From an uncultured Candidatus Saccharibacteria bacterium (GTDB taxonomy: Bacteria; Patescibacteriota; Minisyncoccia; Phycocordibacterales; JAACPR01), in assembly GCA_964630375.1 (NCBI GenBank), contig CAZVRT010000002.1, positions 41,706-105,705 of the forward strand: a DNA stretch of 64,000 nucleotides, in the 5' to 3' direction. Below the pieces are notes generated by a model. It ran no database searches, was not told the DNA's origin, and saw nothing but the letters and a program-made list of their open reading frames with translations. The translations under genes were made by a program, and so were the position numbers. Of this stretch, positions 45,346-55,738 are shown piece after piece (position 1 is the first letter of the stretch; every line of letters begins with the position of its first letter).

Positions 45346-46239
45346 CTACTCTCCACATTTTATTTTTCCTCCTAATGTTCTCAACTCTTTCATCGCCATA
45401 TCGCTCTGCTCTTCTTTTTTATAAATATTCTCAGGACCTTTTCCTGGAGGATTTCCATGCCAACGATAATCTCTTTCCATAAACGCAACACCTTTTCCTG
45501 GAATTGTATGTGCAATGATCACAGATGGCATATCAAAAATAGCTTTTGCTTGATTTACAGCTTCATCTATCGCTTCAAAATTATGGCCATCGATTTCCTG
45601 AACATGCCAGTTAAACGCTTCAAATTTATTTCTCAATGAATTTAAAGGCATTATGTCTTCAGTAAAACCATCAATTTGAATGTTGTTTCTATCAACTATC
45701 ACAATCAGATTATGAATTCTTTCTTTTGCAGCCATCATTATTGCTTCCCAGTTTTGTCCTTCATTTAATTCTCCATCACCTGTTAAACAGAAGAAAAATT
45801 TATTTGAAAGTCTTCCATTGTCAATTCTATCAGCTAAAGCCATACCAAGAGATTGCGACAAACCTGAACCAAGTGGACCAGAACTGTTTTCCAACATCGG
45901 TAAAAATTCTCTATGTGGATGACCTTGTAACCTTGAACCAAAGGTTCTCAGAGTTTCCAATTCTTCTAAAGGAAAATAACCAGCATGTGCCATTGTTGCA
46001 TACAAAACAGGACAAATGTGTCCGTTTGAAAGAATCAGTCGGTCTCTTCCTTCCCAATTATAATTTTTTGGATCGTGAGTCATTCCTCCAAAATATAAAT
46101 ATGTAAAAATATCTGCCATTCCCAATGGACCGGCGCTGTGTCCTGAACCCGCTGTTACCAACATCGAGATTATTGATTGTCTGATTCGATTCGCAGTTTG
46201 TTCAAGTTCACAAATTTTCTCGTCTGTAAGATTTCTCAT
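45346..46239 (-). CDS. Transketolase, N-terminal subunit (TPP-binding)
   Basis: 'GHSAGPLGMADIF' and 'GDGELNEGQNWEAIMMAA'. Confidence 0.8.
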   Translation of the reverse strand: MRNLTDEKICELEQTANRIRQSIISMLVTAGSGHSAGPLGMADIFTYLYFGGMTHDPKNYNWEGRDRLILSNGHICPVLYATMAHAGYFPLEELETLRTFGSRLQGHPHREFLPMLENSSGPLGSGLSQSLGMALADRIDNGRLSNKFFFCLTGDGELNEGQNWEAIMMAAKERIHNLIVIVDRNNIQIDGFTEDIMPLNSLRNKFEAFNWHVQEIDGHNFEAIDEAVNQAKAIFDMPSVIIAHTIPGKGVAFMERDYRWHGNPPGKGPENIYKKEEQSDMAMKELRTLGGKIKCGE

Positions 46240-46243
46240 TCTT

Positions 46244-47959
46244 TTATTCTACCAAATATAGAAAAAGATTCTCGCTACTTTTTCCCAAAAGTTTTATTCC
46301 TTCGCATTGAGTTTCAGGTATATAGAAGTATTGAATTTTTAATTTCTTTGCTGTTTGTAATTTTTCTTGGCAATTCATACTCAAAAAAATATTATAATTC
46401 ATCAAATTTACAGTGATTGTCGAAGGTTTAGTCACAATGGGAATATTTTTTGTTGCAACAGCAATTGTTAGGCCTTTCCAAGGAGGAGAAATAAATCTGG
46501 AATTTTTTATATCTTTAAATAAAGCCAAATCATCATCTGTTAAATATTTGCTCACAGGTGGAGCCGGATCAAAATTAAAAGTTTTGAAATATATCCAGCC
46601 TTCTCTTTTTGTAAATGAAAAACTTAATACAAAAAATAAAACTAACATCAAGATTAATAGGGCATTTTTTATTTGAAAGTTTTTCAGAAAATTATATTTT
46701 TGCTTTAAAAATTCAACTAAATCTTTTAATCCAAAAGCAGAAGCAATTAGAAGCAAGATTCCTGAAATAGCGACAGTTCGATGATAATCCATAACAATAG
46801 TTTCAATACCTAAAGAATACAGAAGCCATAAAATTAAAGTTATAAAGATAGGAACAGAAATAAATTTGTATTCTTTTCTGATTTTCCATAAACCATAAAG
46901 TGCAAAAGGCGTCATAAAAAATGGTAAGACTCGCCAAATTATAAATAATGGTGGTTCACCCAAAGCACTGTTTAATGGTCTAAATAAAAATTTGAAAATA
47001 AAATTAAAGCTATTTTTGATTGTGCTTAAATCGTTCAAAGAGCTTAATATTCCTGCAAATATAATTCCCAGCCCCAAAAATATTATGTAATTAATTTTCA
47101 GTTTTTTATTTATAGAAGTAAAAAATAAACTAGGAACCGCTAAAATACTTATCGGCGGATAAAAAGAAATTGCCAGTAAATTAAGTAGAATTCCAGTTTT
47201 CGCATAATTTTTCCTTATCGCAATAAAATAACTAATCAAAAATAATAATCCAATATTCCAAGGCAAAAGATTCCATAAAATCGGCAAGTTAGAAGAATTA
47301 GGCAAATAAGAAATCATAAAGACCACAAAAACAGAAATTCCAACTGAGATTTTCAATTCTCTCAAAAGAATATAAACGAATGACAAAAGCAGAATTGAAA
47401 AAATAATCGATAAAACCGGATAGAAACTTAATAAATCCAAATCAAACAATAAATCAATTTCAGAAATAAAAGATTGAAATACAAAAAGAAAATTCACAAG
47501 TTTTACGCCGTTAAAAGGATTGATCAAAGGTAGCCTTCCTGTTTCTATGATACTTTCAGAAACCGCAACTGTTATCCACTCATCAGAAAAAGAAGGAGCC
47601 GTTGATCGAAAATTTTCAACTTCCGAAACTCCAGTGTGACTAATAATTTTTCCTGAGTAGTTAAAATGAACAAAATAAAATTGCAAAGCAACAATAAATA
47701 ATGCAATCAAAATTGCCCAAGGAATTTTTTTACTAAACTTGAAATTAATTAATCGGAAATTTAATAAAATAGAAACCAAGGCAACTATAATATGCAAAAT
47801 TAAAAGCAAATTAAAATTAAAAATTCCAAAAATTTGCAACAAAATAGCAATGGAAGCATGTCCCGCAATCATCGCAGATGAAACCAAAACAAAACCAAAA
47901 ATTCGGTCTTTAAATCTTAAAATCCAGATGAGTGGCACCAAAATTAATAAAACAAGCAT
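46244..47959 (-). CDS. Large polytopic membrane protein, a possible GT-C-type glycosyltransferase or polymerase
   Basis: 571 aa with at least 12 hydrophobic helices. It sits at the edge of the glycan cluster. The family is not identifiable from sequence alone. Confidence 0.35.
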   Translation of the reverse strand: MLVLLILVPLIWILRFKDRIFGFVLVSSAMIAGHASIAILLQIFGIFNFNLLLILHIIVALVSILLNFRLINFKFSKKIPWAILIALFIVALQFYFVHFNYSGKIISHTGVSEVENFRSTAPSFSDEWITVAVSESIIETGRLPLINPFNGVKLVNFLFVFQSFISEIDLLFDLDLLSFYPVLSIIFSILLLSFVYILLRELKISVGISVFVVFMISYLPNSSNLPILWNLLPWNIGLLFLISYFIAIRKNYAKTGILLNLLAISFYPPISILAVPSLFFTSINKKLKINYIIFLGLGIIFAGILSSLNDLSTIKNSFNFIFKFLFRPLNSALGEPPLFIIWRVLPFFMTPFALYGLWKIRKEYKFISVPIFITLILWLLYSLGIETIVMDYHRTVAISGILLLIASAFGLKDLVEFLKQKYNFLKNFQIKNALLILMLVLFFVLSFSFTKREGWIYFKTFNFDPAPPVSKYLTDDDLALFKDIKNSRFISPPWKGLTIAVATKNIPIVTKPSTITVNLMNYNIFLSMNCQEKLQTAKKLKIQYFYIPETQCEGIKLLGKSSENLFLYLVE

Positions 47960-47986
47960 ATTTAGGTATACTTAATAATACTTGCT

Positions 47987-49144
47987 ATGGAAAATAAAGA
48001 CCAGCCAAAATTGAGTGTAATTCTCCCCTGTTTGAACGAAGAAGCGTCCATAGAAAAATGTGCTGAAAGCATACAGCAAGAATTAAAAAATAAAGTTGAT
48101 AGTTTTCAAATCGTACTCGTTGACAACAATTCGACAGATAAAACAAAATTTCTTTTGGAAAAATTGAAGCGAAAATATTCTAATATCAAAATAATATTCG
48201 AGCCTGTTTTAGGATATGGAAGCGCTTGCAGAGCAGGTTTTGAAAATTCAGACGGAAAATATCTTTTATTAATGGATTCTGATCAAACTTATCCTGTAAA
48301 TAAAATTATGCAGTTTGTTGAAGAATTGGAAAAAGGAAATGAGTTTGTAATTGGAAACAGATTTACAGGAGAAATTGAAAAAGGCGCAATGCCGAAACTT
48401 CATCAGTTCATCGGCAATCCAGTTTTATCTTTTATTTTAAGATTGTTTTTTAAAACTGAAATTCGAGATTCTCATTGTGGCATGAGAGCGATAAAAAAAT
48501 CTGAATATGAAAAATTACATTTTAGAACAATTGGAATGGAGTTTGCCAGCGAAATGGTTATGAAATCAATAAAAGCAAATTTAAAAATATCTGAAATCCC
48601 AATCAGCTATCACCCAAGAGTTGGAGAATCAAAATTAAAATCTTTCAAAGACGGCTGGAGACACCTTCGTTTTATGCTTCTTTATTCCCCGCTCTATTTA
48701 TTTCTGGCACCAGGAATGATTTTGTTTTTAATTGGGGCAATAACAATGACCGTTCTTTATTTCACAAAAATAAATCTAGCCGGAATTCAGCTTTTAGTTC
48801 ATCCAATATTCGTATCTTCTTTGTTAACAATTATTGGATACCAACTAATAATTTTTGCAGGTTTCGCCAAGATTTATGCAATTACACATTTAAGTGCAAG
48901 TAGTCCAAAATTAGAAAAAGCTTTCAAATTTCTTTCTATAAATAATGTCAGCTTGGTTGGATTGATTTTGCTAATAAGCGGATTCATTATTTATGTAGTA
49001 ATTTTAAATAAATGGATTGCGTCGAATTTTGGTTTCTTGGATGAAATTAAAAATGCAATTATCGGCTTAACTCTTATGGTTTTAGGAGTTCAAACAATTT
49101 CTTCAGCTTTTATGTTTAGTATTATTTCTATAAAAGAGAGTTAG
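47987..49144 (+). CDS. Family-2 glycosyltransferase with C-terminal TM helices (DPM1/GtrB-like polyprenyl-phosphate sugar transferase)
   Basis: 'LSVILPCLNEEASI', 'VLVDNNSTDKT', 'LLLMDSDQTYP' and C-terminal hydrophobic helices. Confidence 0.7.
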   Translation: MENKDQPKLSVILPCLNEEASIEKCAESIQQELKNKVDSFQIVLVDNNSTDKTKFLLEKLKRKYSNIKIIFEPVLGYGSACRAGFENSDGKYLLLMDSDQTYPVNKIMQFVEELEKGNEFVIGNRFTGEIEKGAMPKLHQFIGNPVLSFILRLFFKTEIRDSHCGMRAIKKSEYEKLHFRTIGMEFASEMVMKSIKANLKISEIPISYHPRVGESKLKSFKDGWRHLRFMLLYSPLYLFLAPGMILFLIGAITMTVLYFTKINLAGIQLLVHPIFVSSLLTIIGYQLIIFAGFAKIYAITHLSASSPKLEKAFKFLSINNVSLVGLILLISGFIIYVVILNKWIASNFGFLDEIKNAIIGLTLMVLGVQTISSAFMFSIISIKES

Positions 49145-51566
49145 ATTTAGAAAAAATATCATCTATTAAATCTTGTATTTTTGGCAATAAAACTTTACTG
49201 TCATATTTTTTTTGATTATGAATGGCTTTATTTCCCATTTCAATTCTTTTTTGTTTATCTAAAACCAAATTTTCTATTGCATCGGCAAAATCTTTTTCAT
49301 TAAATTCCTCAACAATTGTCCCAGCATCTTTTACAGCTGAATGAATTCCTCCTGCTTCTTTAAAAATTACTGCCGGTTTACCAAGAGACATTGATTCTAG
49401 TACAACCAAAGGAAACGGATCTTCTCTTGATGGAAGAGCAAAAATATCTGCTTGTTTCATGTACGGAAATGGATTTACTTTTTCTGAAATTAAAGTAAAA
49501 AATGGAGAATAAAAAGCAAAATCTGACATGAAGGGTTCTTTAAAAGGCTTGCTTCCAACCCAAATAAATTTTACAGGCAAGCCCTTTTCAACTAAACTCT
49601 TTGCTGTTCTCATAAAAATATCTGCACCTTTTCTATAAATAAACATCCCAACACTCATTACAATAATTTCATCTTCTTTCTTTTTTAATTCAGATAAAAT
49701 ATTGTATTCGGATATTTCATTGCTTTTTTGTATGTTCTTTTCAGAATCAACAAACGCATTTATTAAAACTACTTTATTCTGTTCACAATTTAAACTATTA
49801 ATTAAAATATTATAAACCGGCACAGAAACAGCAATAAAAATATCAGCAAAACTTTTAAAATCTTTTCTTTTTTGTCCTCTAAACATCATATTGATTGCAA
49901 TATCCAATTCATGGACATGAAAAATTGTTGGAATATTTAATTCTTTTGCAGCAATACAAAAAGGATGAGAACCAATAGAATTTGCATATACTACTTTCGG
50001 CTTAATCTTTTCAAGAATTTTTTTTGCCTGATCAACCGGCTCCAATTCACCATAAAGCTCATCAGGATACATAACAGTCCCAAATTCATCACTAAAATCT
50101 TGAGTCATAGAACCTCGTGCCAAAGACACCATAGCCACCTTATATTTTTCTTTTGAAGCTTTTGCCACATCAAAAATTATTCTAGGCGCTCCAGTTCTGG
50201 ATTCATCGTGAGTTATAAAAAGAACATCAATATTTGAAAAATTTTCTTTATTTCTCTTCCAAAACTCATCAGTATAGCTTGGCTTGTTTTTCTGAACTTT
50301 CTTTGCACTTTTAAAAAGTATTCCCGGAATTAATTCATTAAAAATTTTCTGATTAAAAGAAAGAATTTTTTCATATTGTTTTCGAATAAACGAACCTCTC
50401 GGAAAAAATAAATTTAAAAACATGTCCCAACCTTTTACAATTTTCCAAGTAAAACTTTGTTCGATATTTGTTAAGGCAATATTTAAATTCAAAATTTCAT
50501 TATCTTTAGAGTCAATTAAACTTTTTTGATATTGAGAATGTAAAAAATTTTTATGAACCAATTCTTTTTGGTACTCAACTTCTTTTTTCAGAATTTCAAT
50601 ATCGCTTTTATAATCATCTTTTATTTTTTGAATGCCTTTCAACAAAGCTGTGCTTTTATTTACCAAAACATCTTTCTCTTCAAGTTTTGCTTCATATGAA
50701 CCTATGATTTTTTGTAAGCTATCTTGTGATTGATTCGATAGAATTTCAAGCCTTTCCTCATATAAGCTGATAATTTCTTTTTGCTCGGCATCTTTTTGCT
50801 CCATCAAACCACTCAATAAGTCGGTTAAAAAATCTTCAGAAGAAACTTTGTTGTGACGCAAATTTATATCTAAAAAAGATTTGATAATATTTTCAGAATT
50901 AAATGTTTTTTCCAAACCATTATCAGCAAAAAAATCTGTTATATTTTTTATTGCACTTTCATAATTTTCAAAGAAATTATCATACCAAAAATCCAAATGC
51001 GGAGTGTTATATAATACAGAATCAATATTTTGATAATAATATCGATAAGTATTTATCGCTTCTAAAGTGCTTATTTTATTTCTTTTATAAAGAGACAAAA
51101 CAACATCTTGAACATTCCTACGCATCACAACAAACTTAGTATTGATATTTAATTCATTAAAAATTTCAATATAAACTTTTAACAAAATAGAAATCCTAGG
51201 GTCTTTTATCAAAAATAAATTCGTGTCTGCAAAATCTCTTTCTATTATCACTTTAATCTGTTTTTTGAATTCTCCTATTTTATAATCTTCCTGCCAATTT
51301 TTTGGAAGTTTAGAAAACAAACCATCTGAATCAATTCCAAAATAACTCAACAACTCTTTATTTAATTCAACAATGTCTTTATGCTCAAAAAACCCCTTTG
51401 GATTATCTGTATGAGACTCTATTAATTTTTTACTTAATTCTACACCCAAAATTCCTAAAACTCCGGACATAGTTGATGTGCCAGAACGGTGCATTCCTAA
51501 CACTAAAATACATGTCTTGGAATCTTTGGGTAACATAAAAAGAATACTACCCTTTTTTGTATTCAT
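49128..51566 (-). CDS. Tri-partite protein: N-terminal sulfotransferase domain, central coiled coil, C-terminal GT4 glycosyltransferase
   Basis: A 5'-PSB-like 'LGMHRSGTSTM', a 3'-PB-like 'VMRRNVQDVVLSLYK', about 150 aa of heptad-rich sequence, and GT4 'EPFPLVVLESMSLGKPAVIF'. Confidence 0.6.
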   Translation of the reverse strand: MNTKKGSILFMLPKDSKTCILVLGMHRSGTSTMSGVLGILGVELSKKLIESHTDNPKGFFEHKDIVELNKELLSYFGIDSDGLFSKLPKNWQEDYKIGEFKKQIKVIIERDFADTNLFLIKDPRISILLKVYIEIFNELNINTKFVVMRRNVQDVVLSLYKRNKISTLEAINTYRYYYQNIDSVLYNTPHLDFWYDNFFENYESAIKNITDFFADNGLEKTFNSENIIKSFLDINLRHNKVSSEDFLTDLLSGLMEQKDAEQKEIISLYEERLEILSNQSQDSLQKIIGSYEAKLEEKDVLVNKSTALLKGIQKIKDDYKSDIEILKKEVEYQKELVHKNFLHSQYQKSLIDSKDNEILNLNIALTNIEQSFTWKIVKGWDMFLNLFFPRGSFIRKQYEKILSFNQKIFNELIPGILFKSAKKVQKNKPSYTDEFWKRNKENFSNIDVLFITHDESRTGAPRIIFDVAKASKEKYKVAMVSLARGSMTQDFSDEFGTVMYPDELYGELEPVDQAKKILEKIKPKVVYANSIGSHPFCIAAKELNIPTIFHVHELDIAINMMFRGQKRKDFKSFADIFIAVSVPVYNILINSLNCEQNKVVLINAFVDSEKNIQKSNEISEYNILSELKKKEDEIIVMSVGMFIYRKGADIFMRTAKSLVEKGLPVKFIWVGSKPFKEPFMSDFAFYSPFFTLISEKVNPFPYMKQADIFALPSREDPFPLVVLESMSLGKPAVIFKEAGGIHSAVKDAGTIVEEFNEKDFADAIENLVLDKQKRIEMGNKAIHNQKKYDSKVLLPKIQDLIDDIFSKSNSLL

Positions 51567-52266
51567 TCACAACTTCTTGGGCGTTTCCAAACATTTTCAA
51601 CTCCCCTTTTTCGAGCCAAATAATTTTTGAACATTGTTTTAAAAGAAAATTATAATTATGACTGGCAATCAAAACCATTTTAGAGGAATCAATATATTCT
51701 TGTATTTTTTTTGAAACTTTATCTTTAAAATATTCATCCAAGCCGGCACCGATTGCTTCATCTAAAATTAAAATATCCGGAGATTTTGGCAGAGTAAAAA
51801 TTGTAATTGAAAAAACCGCCCTTGTCATCATCCCATTTGAAAATTTATACAACGGAACATCAACAAAATCTTTCAATTCACTAAACAGCAAAATATCATC
51901 TACTCTTTTTTTTATTTCTTTTAGAGACAAACAATTTAAAATACCGATTATAAAAATGTTATCTCTCATTGAAAGATTTTTATTTACTCCGCTATAAAAA
52001 CCACTTAAGTAAACAACATTCCCCTTAACAAATACATTTCCTTCAGTCGGCTTTAATATTCCTGCAATGATCTTTAAAAGAGTAGATTTTCCAGACCCAT
52101 TATTCCCTACCACCCCAAAAATTTTATCTTCTTGTAAATTTAAAGAAATATTTTTTAAAGCAAACAAATCTTGTTTTTCTTCATGTAAATTTGTAACAAA
52201 ATTTAAAAAGCCTTTTTTAGCTTTATTGATGATAAATTTTTTTGAAACAGATTCAACGTTAATCAT
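51547..52266 (-). CDS. ABC transporter ATP-binding protein (Wzt/TagH-like, no C-terminal carbohydrate-binding extension)
   Basis: Walker A 'GVVGNNGSGKSTLL', signature 'FSNGMMTR' and Walker B 'ILILDEA'. Confidence 0.8.
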   Translation of the reverse strand: MINVESVSKKFIINKAKKGFLNFVTNLHEEKQDLFALKNISLNLQEDKIFGVVGNNGSGKSTLLKIIAGILKPTEGNVFVKGNVVYLSGFYSGVNKNLSMRDNIFIIGILNCLSLKEIKKRVDDILLFSELKDFVDVPLYKFSNGMMTRAVFSITIFTLPKSPDILILDEAIGAGLDEYFKDKVSKKIQEYIDSSKMVLIASHNYNFLLKQCSKIIWLEKGELKMFGNAQEVVNEYKKG

Positions 52267-52267
52267 G

Positions 52268-53008
52268 TTATTTAATTCTCTCAGAGATTACATCTTTTCT
52301 GAAATCAAAAATTATTTTACCAACCAAAAAAGTCCCCAAAGAAATTACAAGACAAATTAAAATCAAATCAATAGAAACCGATTTAAAATCATATACCAAA
52401 TATCTTCCCAACTTTAAAAAATAATAAATTGGATTTAATTTAACCAACCAATTTTCATCTGAAACTGAATAATATATCGGTAATATAAACCATAAAATCT
52501 GACAAAAATAATTCCAAACGTACGTAATATCAAAAAACCTTGTTGATAAAACACATAAAATCTTTCCTAATCCAAAAATAAATAAGCTATATAAAGGCAG
52601 AATCAAAAAATAAAATATTCCATGATAATAACCAAAAAACATTAATATTAATAAAACTAAAATTGTTTCGAAAATATGGTGCCACAAAGAAACAAAAAAA
52701 TTTGATAGAACAAAAATTTCAGGATTTAATTTTTTTGAATTCAGCAATTCATAGTGTTTAGTAATCGATCCAGATACTTGCATGGTGCTTGAAATAAAAA
52801 AATGAACCATAATCACACCAATAAATAGATACGGAATAAAATTTTCTATATGCAAACCAATTAGATTACGCTTCACATAATAAAGCACTAAAAACATAAA
52901 CAAAGGCTGTAAAAAATACCAAACAAAACCCAAATATGTATTATGATTTCTAGCTTTTAGTTCAAAAAAAGAGAGTGTTAAACTTTTTTTAAAAATGTCT
53001 ACAGTCAT
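52268..53008 (-). CDS. ABC-2 type transporter permease (Wzm/TagG-like)
   Basis: Six predicted TM helices, ABC-2 topology, adjacent to and co-oriented with the ATPase. Confidence 0.7.
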   Translation of the reverse strand: MTVDIFKKSLTLSFFELKARNHNTYLGFVWYFLQPLFMFLVLYYVKRNLIGLHIENFIPYLFIGVIMVHFFISSTMQVSGSITKHYELLNSKKLNPEIFVLSNFFVSLWHHIFETILVLLILMFFGYYHGIFYFLILPLYSLFIFGLGKILCVLSTRFFDITYVWNYFCQILWFILPIYYSVSDENWLVKLNPIYYFLKLGRYLVYDFKSVSIDLILICLVISLGTFLVGKIIFDFRKDVISERIK

Positions 53009-53709
53009 TAGAAAATTTGCTCCATTAGCTCTTTTAAATTTTCTTCAGGACTTCCTTGAAAAATAAAAGAACCAGAAACCAATCTTTCAGCACCAGCTTC
53101 AACTAAAAATTTTGCAGTATCTAATCCAACTCCTCCGTCTACTGCTACAGGAATTCCTGGAAACTTACTTTTAAAATCTTTGATGTTTTTTAAAATATCA
53201 TCAACAAATTCCTGCTGTTGGAAACCAACTTTTTCAATTCCCATAAACTGAACACAATCAATTTTGTGCAAAATATTTTCAATTCTCGAATAATCTTCAT
53301 TTGGCAAAATAGCAATTCCAACTTCAACTCCGAGACTTTTTATTTCATCTATTAGACTTTCAAAATCATTATCCAAAGTTTTTAAATGTAAAATAATTCT
53401 TGCAGCACCAGCTTTTACCCATTTCAAAGATTCATCTTTTGGATTTAAAACCATCAAATCCAGTTCGTAATTTAAATTTTCCCAAAAAGGCATTCCTTCA
53501 TCTCCATTTAAAATATCAGAAAAATTTTCATCAGAAGAATATGGCCAAGAAACTGAAGGTGTATATCTTCCATCCATCACATCAACTTGTACCCATTTCA
53601 CTTTATTGCGAACCAAACCTGCTTTTGAAACCAAGTCATCATAATCAGTTGGCATAATAGCCGGAATAATTTCAATTTTAGTTGTGGTATCCATCATCAA
53701 TTTTTTCAA
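53008..53709 (-). CDS. rpe: Ribulose-phosphate 3-epimerase family protein
   Basis: 'IIPAIMPTDYDDL...VQVDVMDGRYTPS' and 'VAVDGGV'. Confidence 0.65.
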   Translation of the reverse strand: MKKLMMDTTTKIEIIPAIMPTDYDDLVSKAGLVRNKVKWVQVDVMDGRYTPSVSWPYSSDENFSDILNGDEGMPFWENLNYELDLMVLNPKDESLKWVKAGAARIILHLKTLDNDFESLIDEIKSLGVEVGIAILPNEDYSRIENILHKIDCVQFMGIEKVGFQQQEFVDDILKNIKDFKSKFPGIPVAVDGGVGLDTAKFLVEAGAERLVSGSFIFQGSPEENLKELMEQIF

Positions 53710-54184
53710 TTCTTCTTATATGTCTTTCTTCTCCAGAAAATTCTGTTTCTAAAAATAATTGAACTGCTTCAATCGATTCTCTTATACTCAAAAATCTAGC
53801 ACCTAGAGAAATTATATTCGCATCATTATGTTGTCGTGCTGTAACAATTTCATCAGGAACTTCTCTTCCATCAGCAGGATGGTATTGTCCATTAAAAACA
53901 ATCGCTCGAATTCCAGGAAATCTGTTGGCAACTATCGCTTCCCCTTGACCAGAACCTCCGATAACAATTCCCATTTCATCTGGATTTATTGCAACAGAAT
54001 TTGCGACCGGAGCAATAAAATCTGGATAATCATCCTCAGCTTCGTATTCATAAGCTCCATAATCAACAACCTCATAACCTTCGCTTTCCAACCATTCTTT
54101 AATAGCTTCTTTATGCTCAAAACCAGCGTGATCCGCCCCTATGTGTATCACTCGGTTATCTTTCATTGTATCTGGATTAGTCAT
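53678..54184 (-). CDS. rpiB: Ribose-5-phosphate isomerase B. The start is probably 'MTNPDTMKDNRVIHIG', and the ORF-track extension to 54337 is unlikely.
   Basis: 'IHIGADHAGFEHKEAIKEWL' and 'GIVIGGSGQGEAIVANRFPGIRA'. Confidence 0.75.
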   Translation of the reverse strand: MTNPDTMKDNRVIHIGADHAGFEHKEAIKEWLESEGYEVVDYGAYEYEAEDDYPDFIAPVANSVAINPDEMGIVIGGSGQGEAIVANRFPGIRAIVFNGQYHPADGREVPDEIVTARQHNDANIISLGARFLSIRESIEAVQLFLETEFSGEERHIRRIEKIDDGYHN

Positions 54185-54267
54185 TATCTCAATTCTATCA
54201 CGAATTTTAATCAAAAAATAATCCCTGAAATTTTGAGAAAATAACAAATTGTTTATAATAAAAAATA

Positions 54268-55422
54268 ATGATAGATAAAAAAAACATCCACATACTTGGA
54301 CTAGATACCCACATTCCAGATTCTGCATTCTTAACAACAGAGGAACTCGACAGAAAAGTTGGATCTAATAATGGCAACTTGGTTTATCATCATGCTATAT
54401 CTCAGATATTGGATCTGAAACCATTCGGAATTCCTTGGCATGCATTTTCAGAAGAAAAATATCCTGACATAAAAGTTTTAATACTTCCTCTCGCAAATCA
54501 ACTTGGCAAACACATAGACTTAAGCGAACTTATAGATATATTTTCCAGAATAAAAATTCCAATAGTTTCAGTTGGACTTGGATACCAATGCCAAAATAAT
54601 GACTTAGATATCACAGAAGTACCAGAAGGTACTTGGAAATGGTTCGATAAACTTATCAACCATGCGCCAAATAACAATCCGAATATTTCTCTTCGTGGAA
54701 ATAAAACTTATAATTTTATCTCAAAAACAGGCAAACAAAATCATTGCATTGTAACAGGTTGTCCTTCAAACTTTATCAGCCCAGAAATAAATTTAGGAAA
54801 ACTAATTTCGAAGAAAATAATTCCAGACAACCCTAGATTTGCTATAGCCGCAGGAAATCCTCTGTTTTTAAAATTTATAAAAATAGAAAGACAATTAATT
54901 GAATTATTAAACTCATCAAATGGTATATACATTATTCAAAGCCCACCCCCTTTAATCAAGTTATCCAGAGAAGGAATTGATGCGCTTCCGGTAAAAGATA
55001 AAATACTTATAAGAACATGGTTAGGTTGGTTTGTAAGTGATGCTGAAATATCAAAATGGTTCAGAGAAAAATCTCATGTGTTTTATAGCGTTCCAGAATG
55101 GATGGAAACATTAAAACGATTTGATATTGTAGTTGGAATGAGAATACACGGTGTATTACTTGGCATACAAACCGGAATACCATCTTTGTGCATATGTGTA
55201 GATTCGAGAACATTGGAATTATGCCAGATAATGAAAATTCCACACATAGATGCAAATGATTATTGGAAAGGCATTACAAAAGAAGAGATCATTACAATCC
55301 TTAAAAATTGGGACTGGCAAGAATACGATAGGACCAGAAAACATTTAGCTAGAATTTTAATGGACTTTTTTCATAAAAATGAGATTCCGACAGCTGATTA
55401 TTTCAAAAAATTATGTAATTAA
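54268..55422 (+). CDS. Polysaccharide pyruvyl-transferase-like protein (CsaB/WcaK family)
   Basis: An N-terminal 'GSNNGNLVYHHA' like GxxNxGD, and a C-terminal 'VGMRIHGVLLGIQTGIPSLCICVDSRTLEL' matching the R.H..I.a...G.P...i.Y..K pattern. Confidence 0.45.
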   Translation: MIDKKNIHILGLDTHIPDSAFLTTEELDRKVGSNNGNLVYHHAISQILDLKPFGIPWHAFSEEKYPDIKVLILPLANQLGKHIDLSELIDIFSRIKIPIVSVGLGYQCQNNDLDITEVPEGTWKWFDKLINHAPNNNPNISLRGNKTYNFISKTGKQNHCIVTGCPSNFISPEINLGKLISKKIIPDNPRFAIAAGNPLFLKFIKIERQLIELLNSSNGIYIIQSPPPLIKLSREGIDALPVKDKILIRTWLGWFVSDAEISKWFREKSHVFYSVPEWMETLKRFDIVVGMRIHGVLLGIQTGIPSLCICVDSRTLELCQIMKIPHIDANDYWKGITKEEIITILKNWDWQEYDRTRKHLARILMDFFHKNEIPTADYFKKLCN

Positions 55423-55432
55423 AGACAAGAAA

Positions 55433-55738
55433 TTACTTTTCACCACTCAAAATAATCCTTTCATCAAAGCCCCCTCGTTCTTCTTTTTTATTTTGCCTAA
55501 CAATTTCAACTTCCGTATATTCAGGAATATTTTTCAAAGCTTCTATCACCTCCAACACATCAGCAAGTTCTTCCACATCAAAGCTTTCTTTGAATTCTTC
55601 AACTTCTTCAAAAAGTTTTTGGATTAACTCAGCTTTATACTCATCATCATTAGCAATTCTCTTTTCATAACTAACACCTTTTTTATCAAGAATTTCTGGA
55701 ATTTTGTCTCTAACTAATTTGTTATAACTTTTTATCAT
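55433..55738 (-). CDS. MazG/HisE-like all-alpha NTP pyrophosphohydrolase
   Basis: 'YNKLVRDKIPEI', 'KLFEEVEEF', 'EELADVLEVIEAL' and 'KKEERGGFDERIIL'. Confidence 0.5.
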   Translation of the reverse strand: MIKSYNKLVRDKIPEILDKKGVSYEKRIANDDEYKAELIQKLFEEVEEFKESFDVEELADVLEVIEALKNIPEYTEVEIVRQNKKEERGGFDERIILSGEK

